Notes under the pieces: model-generated
Told to the model about the DNA's origin: nothing
The model's input: the letters and a program-made list of their open reading frames with translations, nothing else
The model's database searches: none
Part shown: positions 22,950 to 35,110 of the stretch, piece by piece
Layout: every line of letters starts with the position of its first letter
Numbering within the stretch: the stretch's first letter is position 1
Translations under genes and position numbers: made by a program
Assembly (NCBI GenBank): GCA_028534125.1
Contig: CM052816.1
Span: forward strand, 17,362,001 to 17,426,000
Length of the DNA: 64,000 bases
DNA from: Lama glama
Taxonomy: Eukaryota
Direction: 5' to 3'

Positions 22950-23794
22950 CATTTAGTCTCATTTCAAAAAAATCTTTATTTTTATTATTATTGGGACAGG
23001 TGCCATTTGGATTGCCTCCACACTTCCCACTGGCACCCTGAAGGATCAAGTTGGGAGGCTGAGCAAATTCAGATTCCAGTTTAGCTGGAGTTTTTCTGTT
23101 TGCCAGGGGAAGCGAGGAGGTTGGAATGTATTGTTTTTAAGTGTTTGCACTATTTAATAGAGTCCGAAGTTCCTCATGTTCAGCTGTGCTGCGTATCTAC
23201 TGACCAAACAGGAGAGCCGGCAGCACTTCTGACATTTGGGAGCATCCGAGGCCTTTTCCATGGTGGATGATCACAACCTTGCAGCCCCTTGCAGCCTTTG
23301 TCATGGGGCTCGGTGACTTGTGGATACGGCGTCAGCCATGGCAGTAATGCACGGGACTGTGGCATTGGGAGAAACAAATTGCCAAGTGCTGTGTTCTTGC
23401 TTTTAGTCATGCGATTTCAAATTATCCCCTCTCCCACCTCTTCAGTGGCAATAAGGATGCTTGTTGGACTTCTTGTTTAATTCATATATGATGTGTAAAA
23501 TACTTTCTTTGAAAGAAAATTCAAGACCCTGAATGTGTATGTCTGTGTGAGTGCCGTGTCTGCGTGGCTGTCCCGAGGCAGGCCGACTGGATCCCTGGCA
23601 CCCTGTATGCCACCCTCAGTCAGGTCCGTGGTCTGATGTTCTCTGCTTGAATGGTAGGGGCCGTAGAGCTTGGTAAAGAACACTCGTCGCTTGCTCCATC
23701 AGTCATAGCGTTAGCTGAAGAAACAGTTCCTCAAATGTATTGTTTTAATAGGAACCATGTTCTTGTTTTCCATACTTTATGTTCCTTTAATTTT

Positions 23795-23800
23795 AATAAA
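23795..23800 (+). terminator. Probable KLHL3 polyadenylation signal AATAAA
   Basis: Canonical hexamer with U-rich sequence upstream and downstream (tagtatttcctttct). Interspersed repeats resume shortly after it. Confidence 0.75.
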
Positions 23801-24269
23801 AGCTAAACTGTGAGAACCTCTCTTAGTATTTCCTTTCTATAGTCCAGCCTCTCTATTGTGCCTCAGACATGAAAAGGACAGACTTACTCCTGTGTGTCTT
23901 CAGATTAAAACATGAGCTGCTACACAGGGTCTGGGTTCCTTTGGCCTCTGTTCTCTGGCACAGTCCCAGACCCACAAGGGCCTTCAGTGAGGCCCAGAGA
24001 GGCCAGTCCCTCCAGTGGTTGTCTGGTTGTGTGGACAACTGATCATCGTGAGGTGGCTGTGATGGTCCCAGGCGTGGGAGGAGGAGGTAGAGATTTGGCT
24101 ATAAATAAACATAGATTTGTAAAAGTTCATTACAAGACCTAGAGATTTTGTAGGTATTATGTTCCATTTTTATCATTAAATATGCAAAAATTAATTATAT
24201 TTTGTTAAATATATACAACTATTTATGAAATATGTTATTTTACAAAATATCAACACATACAAAAGAGTA

Positions 24270-24500
24270 ATAATAGCTAACATTTACTGAGTATTTACTA
24301 TGTGCCAAGCACTTTTCTAGGTGCTGTGCTTATAGCAACACATTTAACCCTCGTCACGGTCTTCTGAATTACTCTTATTTATCTTGGTTTTCCAGATGAA
24401 GACGTGAGATGCAGAGTTGCACAGCTTGCTGTGGTAGCCATGCTGCAGGATACTGGTCACACTCCTGAGTCTGTATCTTAGCCTTCTGTCACTCCAGCCG
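24270..24500 (-). mobile_element. MIR SINE
   Basis: taataatagctaacatttactgagtatttactatgtgccaagcact...ttccagatgaagacgtgag. Confidence 0.7.
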
Positions 24501-26686
24501 TGAGGAGGTGATGAGGGGAGGAGGGTGTGCTGAGAAGTGCCAAGGAGAGGGAGGCCCCAGGGGTCCCCAGGAAGTACCATCTTGGCTCAAGAGAAATACT
24601 CAAGCCCAAGTTTCACTCCAGGTGGACCAACGATGCCCCAATCTTACACTGATGGTAAATAATCATACTTGTTACTGTGATGATAGTAGCAGTATCCACT
24701 CTTGATTGCATACATCCTGGGGCCCAGGAGGCCCAGAGGTGAATCCATTTATCTGAGGGTGTGTGATAAATGAGCAGTGGCACAGACCCAGTTGGAAACC
24801 ACTGGCTCTTTTGACCCAAAACTGGGTTTGAGAATCAGCCTGAGAAGAGGGTTTAAGTAAAAGTTGTTCCTGTAATCATAGTGGGTGGCATTTATTTTGC
24901 ATTTACCGTGTGCCCAGCCCCGTGCTGAGCACTTTAATTCGTTAACACCCACACACCTCATTGAAGCAGAGGATGCCCGCTTCACAGGATCGCAGGGGTT
25001 AATAACAGGCCCAAGGTCACACAGAACCTTGAGAAGAGATGCAGTCCCCGTCCTCCTGCCGAGGCTGCCTGCTGAGTGGTGGCATCTCCTGTGGTAATTT
25101 ATGGGTGCATTCTAGAGCAGGGAAGTCACCAGTGTCTGGCCTTCCAGGGCAGGCAGTGGGGCAGAGCCCAGAGCCAGGCTGGAGATCCTTTCTGCCACCA
25201 CCCTGCCACGGGCCTACCCACTCTGGGCCTTGTCACCACCGCTGAGAGGACCTTGAGGAGGAACTTAGATAAGCGAATGAGTGCTTGTCTGAGCACACAC
25301 ATCTTTCCATCCCCTTGACCCTTTGGCCTGGTTTCCCCTTACCTAGGAAAAGTTCCAGAGGGAAATCATGTTTGGTAGTTTTTCTATCAGCTTATTCTAC
25401 AGTTTACAACTAGGGTGTTTTGACCCGACCTAGTTCGTTTATTTCAGTACGAGAGCTGTTGTTTCTGTCTGCCTCATGTGATTTTCACCAAGGGGTCTGC
25501 ATTCCCCACTGGCCACTTCTGCCCAGGCAGCTTTGCCCACAATGTTCCATGTCAGGGCCCATAGAAAGGGACACCTGGCTCAGACCTCAGACATCATCCC
25601 GTCCAGCCCTTGTGTTTGCAGACAGGGAGTCCTGGGCTTGGAGCTGTAGAAAGGCCTGAGCACCCGTGGCAGGGTTGGGTTCCCCGTGAGTCCAGTGGAG
25701 GCTCCAAGGCCCATGTCTGCCTGCACCCAAGGTTGTTCAGGAGCCGAGGAAAGGCAGTGACTGCAGGCTTGAGAGCCATCACCCTTTCTGTGGTGGAACA
25801 GAGGAGAGGCAGTACTGTCGCGGCAGGCCTGGGCTTCCAGAGACTCCCGTCCAGTGTCTCTGGACACCTTCAAAGGTGCTTCAAACTCCCAGGTGGATGG
25901 AGGCCCCAACTCCTCAGGTGTCCAAGTCCCCCACTGGCCTCGGATGGGAGGAGGCCTTGTTCACAGCTGAGTGGCCCGCAGGGAACCCCTCTGGGCCTCT
26001 CTGGGACTCAGTTCCTCACCTGTAAACAGGACTCTACTTGCAGGATCCTATTCTTGCTCCCACCTGACTAGTGAGGAGATGAGGCTCAGAGAGGCCAAGC
26101 AACAGTGGGGATCTGGGATCTGAACCCACATCTTCCGTGGAAGCAGTTCTGGACAACCATGCCACACATGGTTTTAAGCTCTTGGGCCACCGGGCCCTGC
26201 CAATAAACACGCATGATAAAGTCGATTTGGCGAACCCTGTTAATTGTGAGCTCTGTGAGGACTGATAAAGTTCCTCTGAGAAAGACCTTGCTGCTGTCTT
26301 TGCCAGTGTCGGAGATCTTTCCTTCTCCCTTCACAGTGTGTGCAACATACACTCAGTTATTCATTCAACAAAAATACCTTCAGCATCTACACGGCACATT
26401 GTGATACTTGAAATGCAGCTGCCAACGAAGCAGATGGTCCCTGTGGACTTGGAGGTTGGAGTTTCATAGGGGACACAGTTGGTGAACAGCAGGTACAGTA
26501 TGGTGTGCTGGTGGGGGGCAGTGGGTGGGGGCTGGTGAGAAACACACACCCAGAGAGAGAGGGGCAAACTCACAGAGACCTGGGGAAATGGTGTGAGGTT
26601 CACACAAAACAAGAGCGTCAGAGACCAAGAGAAAGAGACTGACACACAGAAACAGAAACAAGGGGAGACAGAAACACAATGAGCAA

Positions 26687-26688
<2 letters not shown>

Positions 26689-26754
<66 letters not shown>
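26689..26754. repeat. (CA)33 microsatellite
   Basis: Direct reading. Confidence 0.97.
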
Positions 26755-26756
<2 letters not shown>

Positions 26757-27794
26757 TACACACAACCAGACGAGATACCACTCAGAGAGAAATACAGAGG
26801 CAGAGACCAAAAGGGAGACAGACAGAGCCAGCATCATTTCTTAAAGTGGCAGAAGACAGGTCAGCCTAGGGCTTCAAATTAGAAGCTTCCAAGTTGGGGG
26901 ACAGGGGTTCAAATCTGACTTTTGTCACGTGGTTGTGTGGCTTTGAACCAGTCTCTTCACCTCAGCATCAGTGCCTTCAAATGTAGAATGCAGACCATAA
27001 CGCTAGTTTTGAGAGCTTATGTAGAAGCCCAGCTTATGAGAAGGCCCTGAAACAGAGAAGGCAGCTGCTTGAGGCCCCGGGAGAGGCTGGGCCTGGCACA
27101 GCAGCCTCTAGAATGAGAACCCTAGTCTCCCATAGTGACAGAGCAGAGAACATCCTGACCACATGCAGGTCACCACAAGCCGGGAGTGTGAGCAGAGAGA
27201 AGACACACCAGGAAGGAGATGTGCTCTCCGCCCAGGGTCTTGTCTGGGCTGGGGCTATGCCCAGGTCTTAACTTCTGAAGGCGATCCCTCAGGGAAGCAG
27301 TGCAGACGGGGCCTGTTTTACCCGGAAGCCACGTGGCTTCTTTCTATTTCCCACAACTGTGTTTCAGTCATTTTTGTTTCCTCCTTTCCTCTGGACGAGG
27401 ATGGGGGCTTGTGTCATGAGTTTACTTCCTGCTGTAGGAGTGGAACATCTTCCTGGCTTCAACCTCGTGACTCCAGAGAATGTGGGACTTAGTAGGCACT
27501 TGTGCAATGCTATTCCTGAGGAATTTCAAACACAGGCTCATTTGTTGCTCAAAAAAGCCCAATGAGGTAGCCGAGGCAGGTGTTATTTGGGGCAGTATGT
27601 TGCTACCTATTGTATACAGTGCAGTGTGTGGTGCGTGCAAATACGGCATGGTCCCCTCCCAGAGAGGGTAATGTGCTAGTGGTAGCCGTCATTTCTTTCA
27701 TCATTCCGTTTGTACAGTGGGGAAAACCGAGGCTAGAAACAGGTGAAGCAACGCACTCAAGTTCCGAGAGTCAGTAAGAGCTTGGATTTTATCA

Positions 27795-28180
27795 CCCAGG
27801 GTTGTTTTGGGCTTCATGTGACAGCAAAATGACAACAGTCATTTAACCGAAGAGTGTACTTTTTTGCCCACGTAACCACAAGCCGGAGGTAGACATGCCA
27901 GGGCTGGCACAGCAATTCCATGATGTCATTGGGATCCGAGGCCCTTCTGTCCTTTCTGCTCCTCCATCCTTAGCATGTTGCATAATAGAGACTCCCCAGC
28001 TGTTTTCACATCTGCAAAAGGTGTGAAAAACGAGAGGGAGGTAGCAGGAGCAGTGCCTGTAAGAGCAATGTAAAACTTTTCCAGAAATCCCTAATAGAAT
28101 TCCTTGCAGGTCCCCCAGCTGCAAGGGAGCCAGGAGAGGTGAATACCTTTAAGTGGGCACATTGCTGCTCCAAACAAACT
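27795..28180. mobile_element. MaLR solo LTR (MLT1J-like)
   Basis: gccagggctggcacagcaattccatgatgtcattgggatccgaggcccttctgtcctttctgctcctccatccttagcat...cccagctgcaagggagcc. Confidence 0.6.
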
Positions 28181-29919
28181 CAGGCTTCCAGCTGGGAGAA
28201 AGAAGGGGAGGATAGGCATGGGCTACAGTCAAAGGTCCTTTTAGCCTCCTGAGTTCCACGCAGCTCCCTCTCTACCAGTCGGTTTGGACTTTGCCCTCTT
28301 GGATCCAACGTCCACATGCTTTTGGTCCATAGTCTAGCATCTGCTCCTGCAGTTATTTTGGCTGGACATGGACCATATACAGGGCCCCTTGTCAATGAGG
28401 GCTAATGATGCTCCCTTCGAGCTTGGCGTCCGCTAAAGGGTTACCGAGTGAGGGCTCTGGGACAGACCTGGGTGGAAAAGGCTTCCTCTCAAAGCCTCAC
28501 ACAGCCACCTTCCTTGCAGTGTTGGCATCAAGGATGGACGTCCCTCTTGCAGGATGAATGAGACATTCTAAACAATGGAGACCTTTAGGAGCCTGTCGCT
28601 GAGGCTTTAGGGACAGCTCATTTATCAGCCATGGATGTTTTCCTGAAGCACTGATTGAGGAGGCCTGTCAGCAGCAAGATCTATGACCTTTATCTCAAGA
28701 ATGACCTGTGTGTGCAGCACCATAAATCTTTCTGAGCCGCCAACTGGGAGGTGGAGGTGGGTGAGATTTGGCACTGGCTGCTTAGAGGCATTTTCCCTGA
28801 CTCCCTCATCATCCTGTCCTCCAGGACATCCTCACATTTAATGGTGGGCCATTGAGTGGCAGCAGAGCTGTGCTGAGATGAAGGAGGTCATCTACCAAGG
28901 GGCTGGCCTAGGTCTGCTCTCACCAAGTGTGGGTCCTACTCCAGCCCGGGCCATGGAACAAGAGGGGGTCATATCTGAGCTGGAGAGTTCCGGGCCTTCC
29001 TTGAACCCAGTGGAGGGTGTGTGGCAGCATGCAGAGGGCCGCGGGAGAACCAGAGGATCTTGTCACAAAGTAGAGGTTGACAATATATCATTGTGGTTAA
29101 GGGCTCAGTCTCTGAGTTGGACAGTGTGGATTTAAACCCATGCCCACCAGTTATTAGCAGGGGGACCTTGGCAATAAAACCAGGCCCTCCCCCAGGCCCT
29201 CTGAGGATGAGGACAAGAACAGACAGGTCAGCACAGGCATTGCTCTCCAGTCAGAAGGGAGCCCGTACTCTTGGGAGCGAATGGTCCCCTTGGGGGCCTT
29301 CCTCTGGTTCTGGGCCTCATCTTCTCCTTCAGGCTGCAGCTGGATCTTTGGGGAGGGGGCTTGAGGGGAAAGGCTGATGCTACAGAGGGCATTCCAAATG
29401 TATTTTTCAGGCACAGATCCATCATTTTAATGTACCCCGGTCTCCTATTTGAATGATTAACCGGGAACGGTCTGTCCCGGTGCCTGTGACTTCCGCAGAG
29501 CTCTGATAAGGCAGCCCATAAAACTCTCTCCGGCAGCCAGAGGAGCTTTATGCATGTCTCTGAAAGGGTAGTTTGATTTCTAGCAGCTTCTAGTAGAATT
29601 TTATTTCCTGGATGTGGGAGAATGCTAGGCACCAGGGTCCTGTGAATTTGGGAGGGCTGGCCCTGGATGGACTCGGGAGGCCCAGGCAGAGACAGTGGGA
29701 TGTGTGAGAGAACTGGGCTTTGCTGTGGTGCTGACTGCACAACTCAGGGCAGCCAGAATGGCTCCCGACTCCGGTGTGACCTCAGTGGAGCCCTCCCACT
29801 GATGGCCAGGGGGCTCCTGTGCTCTCCTAAGCCCCGTGTAGGAGTTTCTCTTCCTGAGACAATTCCTGAATGCAGTTAATCGCTGCGTTCCCTGGGCTGC
29901 TTCTGTACTTTGTATGTAT

Positions 29920-30460
29920 GCTGTGCATGTTTTTTCATTAAATACATGTTTATGGAGCTCTTCCTGGATGTCAGGCTCTACACCAGCTATAGAGATATGG
30001 TGTAAAGGAGAAGGTTCCTGTCCTCGTGGGGTGCATGTCGAGTCATGCAGACAAAGTACTAAAGAAGGAGTGACAGTAAGTGTGGTAAGCATGAGGATGG
30101 GGTGAGTAAAGGGGCTTGTGGATGCACACAGAGCGTCAGGGCAAGCGTCCTGGGGGAAGTGATGGTAAATGAAGGTTCTGCCTTGAATAGGTGATGGATG
30201 AGAGCCAGGTGAAAGGATGATTGGAGGTGTGGGGAGAGAGGAAGAAGGAATAGCAAGTGCAGAGGCCCAGAGGCTAGAGAGATGGCCATTTTGAGAAAGC
30301 GCAAGTCGTTTAGTATGGCTGGATCATAGAGTGTAGGGGGTACGTACAGCCAGATGAGAGGTGGAAGAGAGAGGTGGGTAGGAGCCATGCCACAAGAGGA
30401 CTGGAAACCATGGGGAGGAGGTAATTCTCTTTCCTGAGGTCCAGTGGTAAAACACTGAAA
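29920..30460 (-). mobile_element. L2 LINE fragment
   Basis: ggaaggaatagcaagtgcagaggcccagaggctagagagatggcc...tagtatggctggatcatagagtg. Confidence 0.6.
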
Positions 30461-30464
30461 GTGC

Positions 30465-31180
30465 CTAGGATTGGGTTCCTCCCAAAACATACTCTGAGAT
30501 GCCGAGATGTCCATGCAGAATGTTATTGGTGAGTGCTCTTAGTAAAACCCCCCAGGAAGGAGAGGGGGAGCAGGAAGAGGCAGAGGGAGAAGTTGAACTC
30601 TAGTGCACTTGCAACAGAGGCCACAGCCTATCAGCTGATGAAATGAGGTACTGAAAACTTGCTACAAGGTGGATGAACCTCAAAAACATTATGCAAAGTG
30701 AAAGAAGCCAGACATAAAAGGCCATCGATTGTATGGTTTCATTTATATGAAATATCCAGATTAGGCAGTTCTATAGTGACAGAAAGATTAGTTGTTGCTA
30801 GGGGCTGGGGGACAGGGGAACGGGGGTGACTGCCAATGGGCACGAGATATCTGGAGTATTTTGGGGGATGCTGAAATGTTCTGGAGTTAGATAGTGATGA
30901 TGGTTATACAACTTTGTGAATAAATTAAATCGAATTGTACTTTAAAAGGGCAAATCTGTATGAAGTGTGAATTATAACTCCTTGGTAAAGGTCATTCTGT
31001 ACGCATACCACCCGCTCCCTGCCCTGCAGGTCATATAACCTTGGGTGAGGCAGCTCCCTTGGGCAGACAGCCGTATCTGGGGAGGGGCTCGGCTGTGAGC
31101 CGCTAGCAGAAGATTCTCTGGGAGGCTGGGGGAGCATGTGCCTCCAGGGAGCTGTTTGGTGCACCACTGCGTCCACTACA
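30465..31180. mobile_element. ERVL-class LTR (LTR16-like) interrupted by an L1 3' fragment (~30640-30975, + strand)
   Basis: LTR-like flanks are gggcagagggagaagttgaact-type text and accttgggtgaggcagctcc. The internal L1 text is ggatgaacctcaaaaacattatgcaaagtgaaagaagccagaca...gatagtgatgatggttatacaactttgtgaata. Confidence 0.6.
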
Positions 31181-33749
31181 AGAGGCTTTAAGTGTGGAAG
31201 ACCCTTAGGTCTTCCATTAAGGGTGGAGGCTTTAAGAGTTTCACCTCAGAGTGTGACCTTCATGACAACCTTAAGAGGCGGGCATTATTATCCCCCCTCC
31301 AGTTCAGCTGAGTGAGCTGAAGCTCAAAGAGGTTAAACTGCTTGCTTGCACGGGGTCTCCAGACCTGTGGAAATTTGAATGGGAAGGTGACTTCACGTCT
31401 CTCTGAGGCGAAAGACCATGTTCTTTGCTACGATTGTGTGCTATGTTGTGCTCACTCATTTACATATTTGTCTCTCATGAAAACTTAATTAGTTTGAAAG
31501 CAGGGACCACTTCTGAATGCATCCTTAGCACCTGGTACAGGGCATAAAGAAGATGCCCAAAAGTGTTTGTGAAACTAAAGTAAGCTTTTTTCCTTCTCAG
31601 CTACTTAAAGATGCCATGCCTCATTTAACGTTCAGCGAGGGCAGTTTTCTCCAGGTTACAGGAAAAATGAATGGCGTGAACAGAATTTCTTTATTGTTAA
31701 TCCTATTCCTTGCATGCAAATTTTTGCTTATACTTTGGCAACTTGTTTGTACTAAAATCTAGTGTCAGAAGTCATCTTATTTATCAAAAAACCATAGGCT
31801 TAGCTTCATCAATATTTCAGTTTCCTGTTGGATGCTCCCACACTAAACACATTCCCTTGAAGACATGGGGAAATTTATGGATTTCAATAAATTGAAGGCT
31901 GGGCTGATGGAGATGCAATTTGATTGCTGTTTTCCCCTAGGCTTCCCCGTGAAGCTGCTTCCTTGAGGCTGATGGAGGATCAGGAAATTATCCTCGACAT
32001 GTGTGCTACCTACTCCTGCCATCAGGCCTGCTGTTTCCAAGGCCCCAAGTTGCTGCCTCTTGGATACACCCTGGCTAGCAGTGGCTGGGTGTCAGCAGGT
32101 GCATCTGGGTTGCCTTTGGTAGATTTTTCTCCCTATGGGGGAGACTGGGAGCATGAGCCCACGTAGGGGGAGGTTAGCTGGGAGACCGTATGAGTACCCA
32201 GAAAGGCACTTTTCAGACTAGGTGACTGTGGGGTGATTTTCCAGAACCCAGGAAGGACCCACACTCTGCTTACTTTACTCTGAAGTTTCAGCCTTTGAGC
32301 TCAAGGAGATCTTGATGCTGTTAAAGTGGTAACACCTCTTCCTGTCACAGTTAATGACTCCTATCTGAGCATGAATGCCTAAGCACATTTTCAAAGGGGA
32401 GGGAAGCAAAGGGCACTGGAGACGTGAGTGGAGGCCAGGAAGACCGGGAGGGGAAAACAGGGCAGGATGACGCAGTAGCGAAGAGCGAGGCTCTGGGGAC
32501 ACGCTGTCTGGCCTGACTGCTTACAGGCTGTGTGACCTTGGGCACTCTCTCCCTAAGTCTGTTACTTCATCTTTGCAGTGGGAGGAATAATTGTCCTCAA
32601 CTCAGAGAGTTCTTGGAAGGGTTAAATGAGATAGTGGCTATGTGTTGGGTATAAATGAGAAGACAGCCACATGAGCAGAGAAAATGCAGTCTGGAGTTCT
32701 CTCACAGCCTCTGATTTTCCTCACAAGTCACTCACTTGCTGACTAGTGGGAGGAAAGACCCTTCCATTTTTAGTCCAATCTGGTAAATGTAGTCTTACTC
32801 AGAAATTTTAACCATCCCTTCAGGTAGTTTTCAGCCTGTCAGGTTTGTCTGGTTCCCTTTTCTCTTACCCAGAATGGCATCTAAGAATGTGCGGGGTTGG
32901 ATTCTGAGGACAGTGGAGAATTGGTCCTTGTCTAGTCAGGGTTCGGCTACAGAGAGGAATGTATAGCAGGATATTTAATGGCCTATGGAACTGTGGGGAG
33001 AGGTAAAAAAAACACTCCAGGCTGCTGTGGCTCTCAAAGCTAGGCTGCAGAGCTAGGCTGCCTCTCTCCACAGTGGGAAGTGGCAGCATCCAAGACAGCT
33101 CCTAGCCACATGCCTGCAACCTCTGCCACATCCACACCAGGGACATGGCACCCACGTCTGTCCCCAGATCCTGAGATCCCAGTCTCTGTTTTACTTCAGT
33201 GCATCTCCATGAGCAGAACCTAAATCACATCCAGAAACCCTAGCTACAAACAAGTCTGGGAAATGTAGGTGGGTGTTATTTTCTTTCTTTCTAGCCCCTG
33301 CACAGTAGAAGGGGATGAGAATGCCTATTGAGTTATCAGTCCTCATGATCTGCCCCATTTCTTCCTTCCTGCTACTCAACATCCATCCAGACCCTTCTTC
33401 CCATCTATCTAAACAATCACAGCAACAGCTTGCTCTTTTCTAACCTAATGCAACTGTTCTCTGCAAAAATTGAAATGTGCTTATCCTTTTTCCCCTAAGG
33501 GGAAGCTCCAGATTTCATCAATCCCTGCATCTCTAAGTGATACTCTTCTTCTAGTTCAGTGACAATTCTGCCTCCATAGCATATAGCCTGAAGCCTAAAT
33601 ATACATTAAGAACCACAATATATTCTAGAGCCTTTATAAAGTAGGAAAAAGGAGAGAAAAAGGATAATTGGGGCATATGTACTTGCATGCATGAATATAT
33701 GTATGTATGTATGTAGTGCATGTTATGTAACATGCATATATAAACACAC

Positions 33750-34160
33750 ATGTATCAGTTTTTGCTGCATAACAAAGCACTTCAAAACTGAGTGGCTTAG
33801 AACAATCTTTATCATTTCTCACCATTCTGTGGATCAGTTGGGCAGTTCTCTGGTCTGATGTGGTCTAGCTGGTCTCTGCTGGAATTGCTGATGCACCTCG
33901 GGTCAGCTGACAAATCAGCTCGTGGCTCGATGATCTCAGATGGCCCCACTCAAATATCTGGGGGCTGGCAGGTTGTTGTGGGGGGCAGGGGTGCATGTAT
34001 CTCATTTTCCAAGAGGCAACCTCAGCCTTGTTCACACTGTAGCCTCAGAGTTTCAGGCACAGCATGAGATCAAGCCCCAAGTGGCAAACACTTCTCTCAC
34101 ATTTGCTCATGTCCCACTAGCCTAAGCAAGCCCCAGGGCCAACCCCGACTCAGGGGTGGT
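33750..34160. mobile_element. MaLR solo LTR (MLT1-like)
   Basis: tgtatcagtttttgctgcataacaaagcacttcaaaactgagtggcttagaacaatc...ttctgtggatcagttgggcagttct. Confidence 0.65.
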
Positions 34161-34192
34161 GAACCTTTTGCTTGGCTGCTTTTGTCATTTCC

Positions 34193-34295
34193 CATGGTAT
34201 ATCTGTACACCAAGGCAAATCACATGCACACCATAAAACAAATCTCAATAAATTTAAAAGGATTAAAATCATACAGAGTTCATTCTCTGCCCAAG
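34193..34295 (+). mobile_element. L1 ORF2 endonuclease-region remnant
   Basis: Translates to HKTNLNKFKRIKIIQSSFS, similar to recalled L1 ORF2 HKTSLNKFKKIEIIQSIFSDH. Confidence 0.65.
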
Positions 34296-34894
34296 GCAGA
34301 CATCACTAATCAATTATAATACCATATATTATAATACTGATTCCCTGCAAGGCAAGGCACCAGACAGCTTCTTGCTAATCAGTGGGAGTTGGCACCAGAG
34401 ATGAACCTGATTTGTCATCTCAGTTTTAAGCACTTGTCCTTGTGCTCCTTTCCCTAGGGCAACCCTAATATTTCGTTCTGATGGTCCACTTACGGGGCAG
34501 GGGTAGAGAATCATGTCTTAGAGATATGTTACAACGGTCAAAAGTGCATGAAATTGACTATATAAAACAGTGAAACAAGACATGACTCTTTTTTCCCCTA
34601 AAATACTATACAATTTCTAATTTTTCTCAAGTTGGCAGAATTTTAACTGTTAACAGAAACAGTGTTATGTGGAGACTTAACATTGAGCTGACAATGATCT
34701 CCCCAAAACATTTTTTCCCTAAACAATTCTTTTCCACCCTTATTCCCATATCTTAGAGAGATCCTAGACGCTTTTCCCTTTGTATGTAAAGAGAATCTCA
34801 AAGATTTAAAGTCAGTTCTGTCCTATAACTTAAGAAAATACCGTACTTGCACACCAGAGGCCCCTCTTTGATTTAGAAATACAAATAAGTTTAA

Positions 34895-35110
34895 CAGCTA
34901 CCAGCTCTTGAATTTCTTTTGTGTGCCAGCCACTCCTTTGAACGATTTATCTACATCAGCTCATTTACTCCTCACAGCAGTCCTGACAGCCTTGTATTTG
35001 CATCCCCATTCTACTGATGATGAAATGGCTCAGGGTCATCAAGTAATTTGTCCCAAATTGCACAGCTAGGACATGGAAGAGTTAGGATTCGAATCTGGCA
35101 TCAAGGCCTT
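34895..35110 (-). mobile_element. MIR SINE
   Basis: ccccattctactgatgatgaaatggctcagggtcatcaagtaatttgtcccaaattgcacagctag...ggattcgaatctgg. Confidence 0.7.

Larger units (their letters stand above)
19131..23820 (+). other. KLHL3: KLHL3 3' UTR (~4.7 kb)
   Basis: Follows the stop codon, has few recognisable interspersed repeats, and ends near AATAAA at 23795. The exact 3' end is inferred. Confidence 0.75.

Noticed and set aside
26361..26882. ORFs with CVCVCV/HTHTHT runs (also near 21.2, 22.9 and 53.2 kb)
   Set aside because: They are microsatellite translations.
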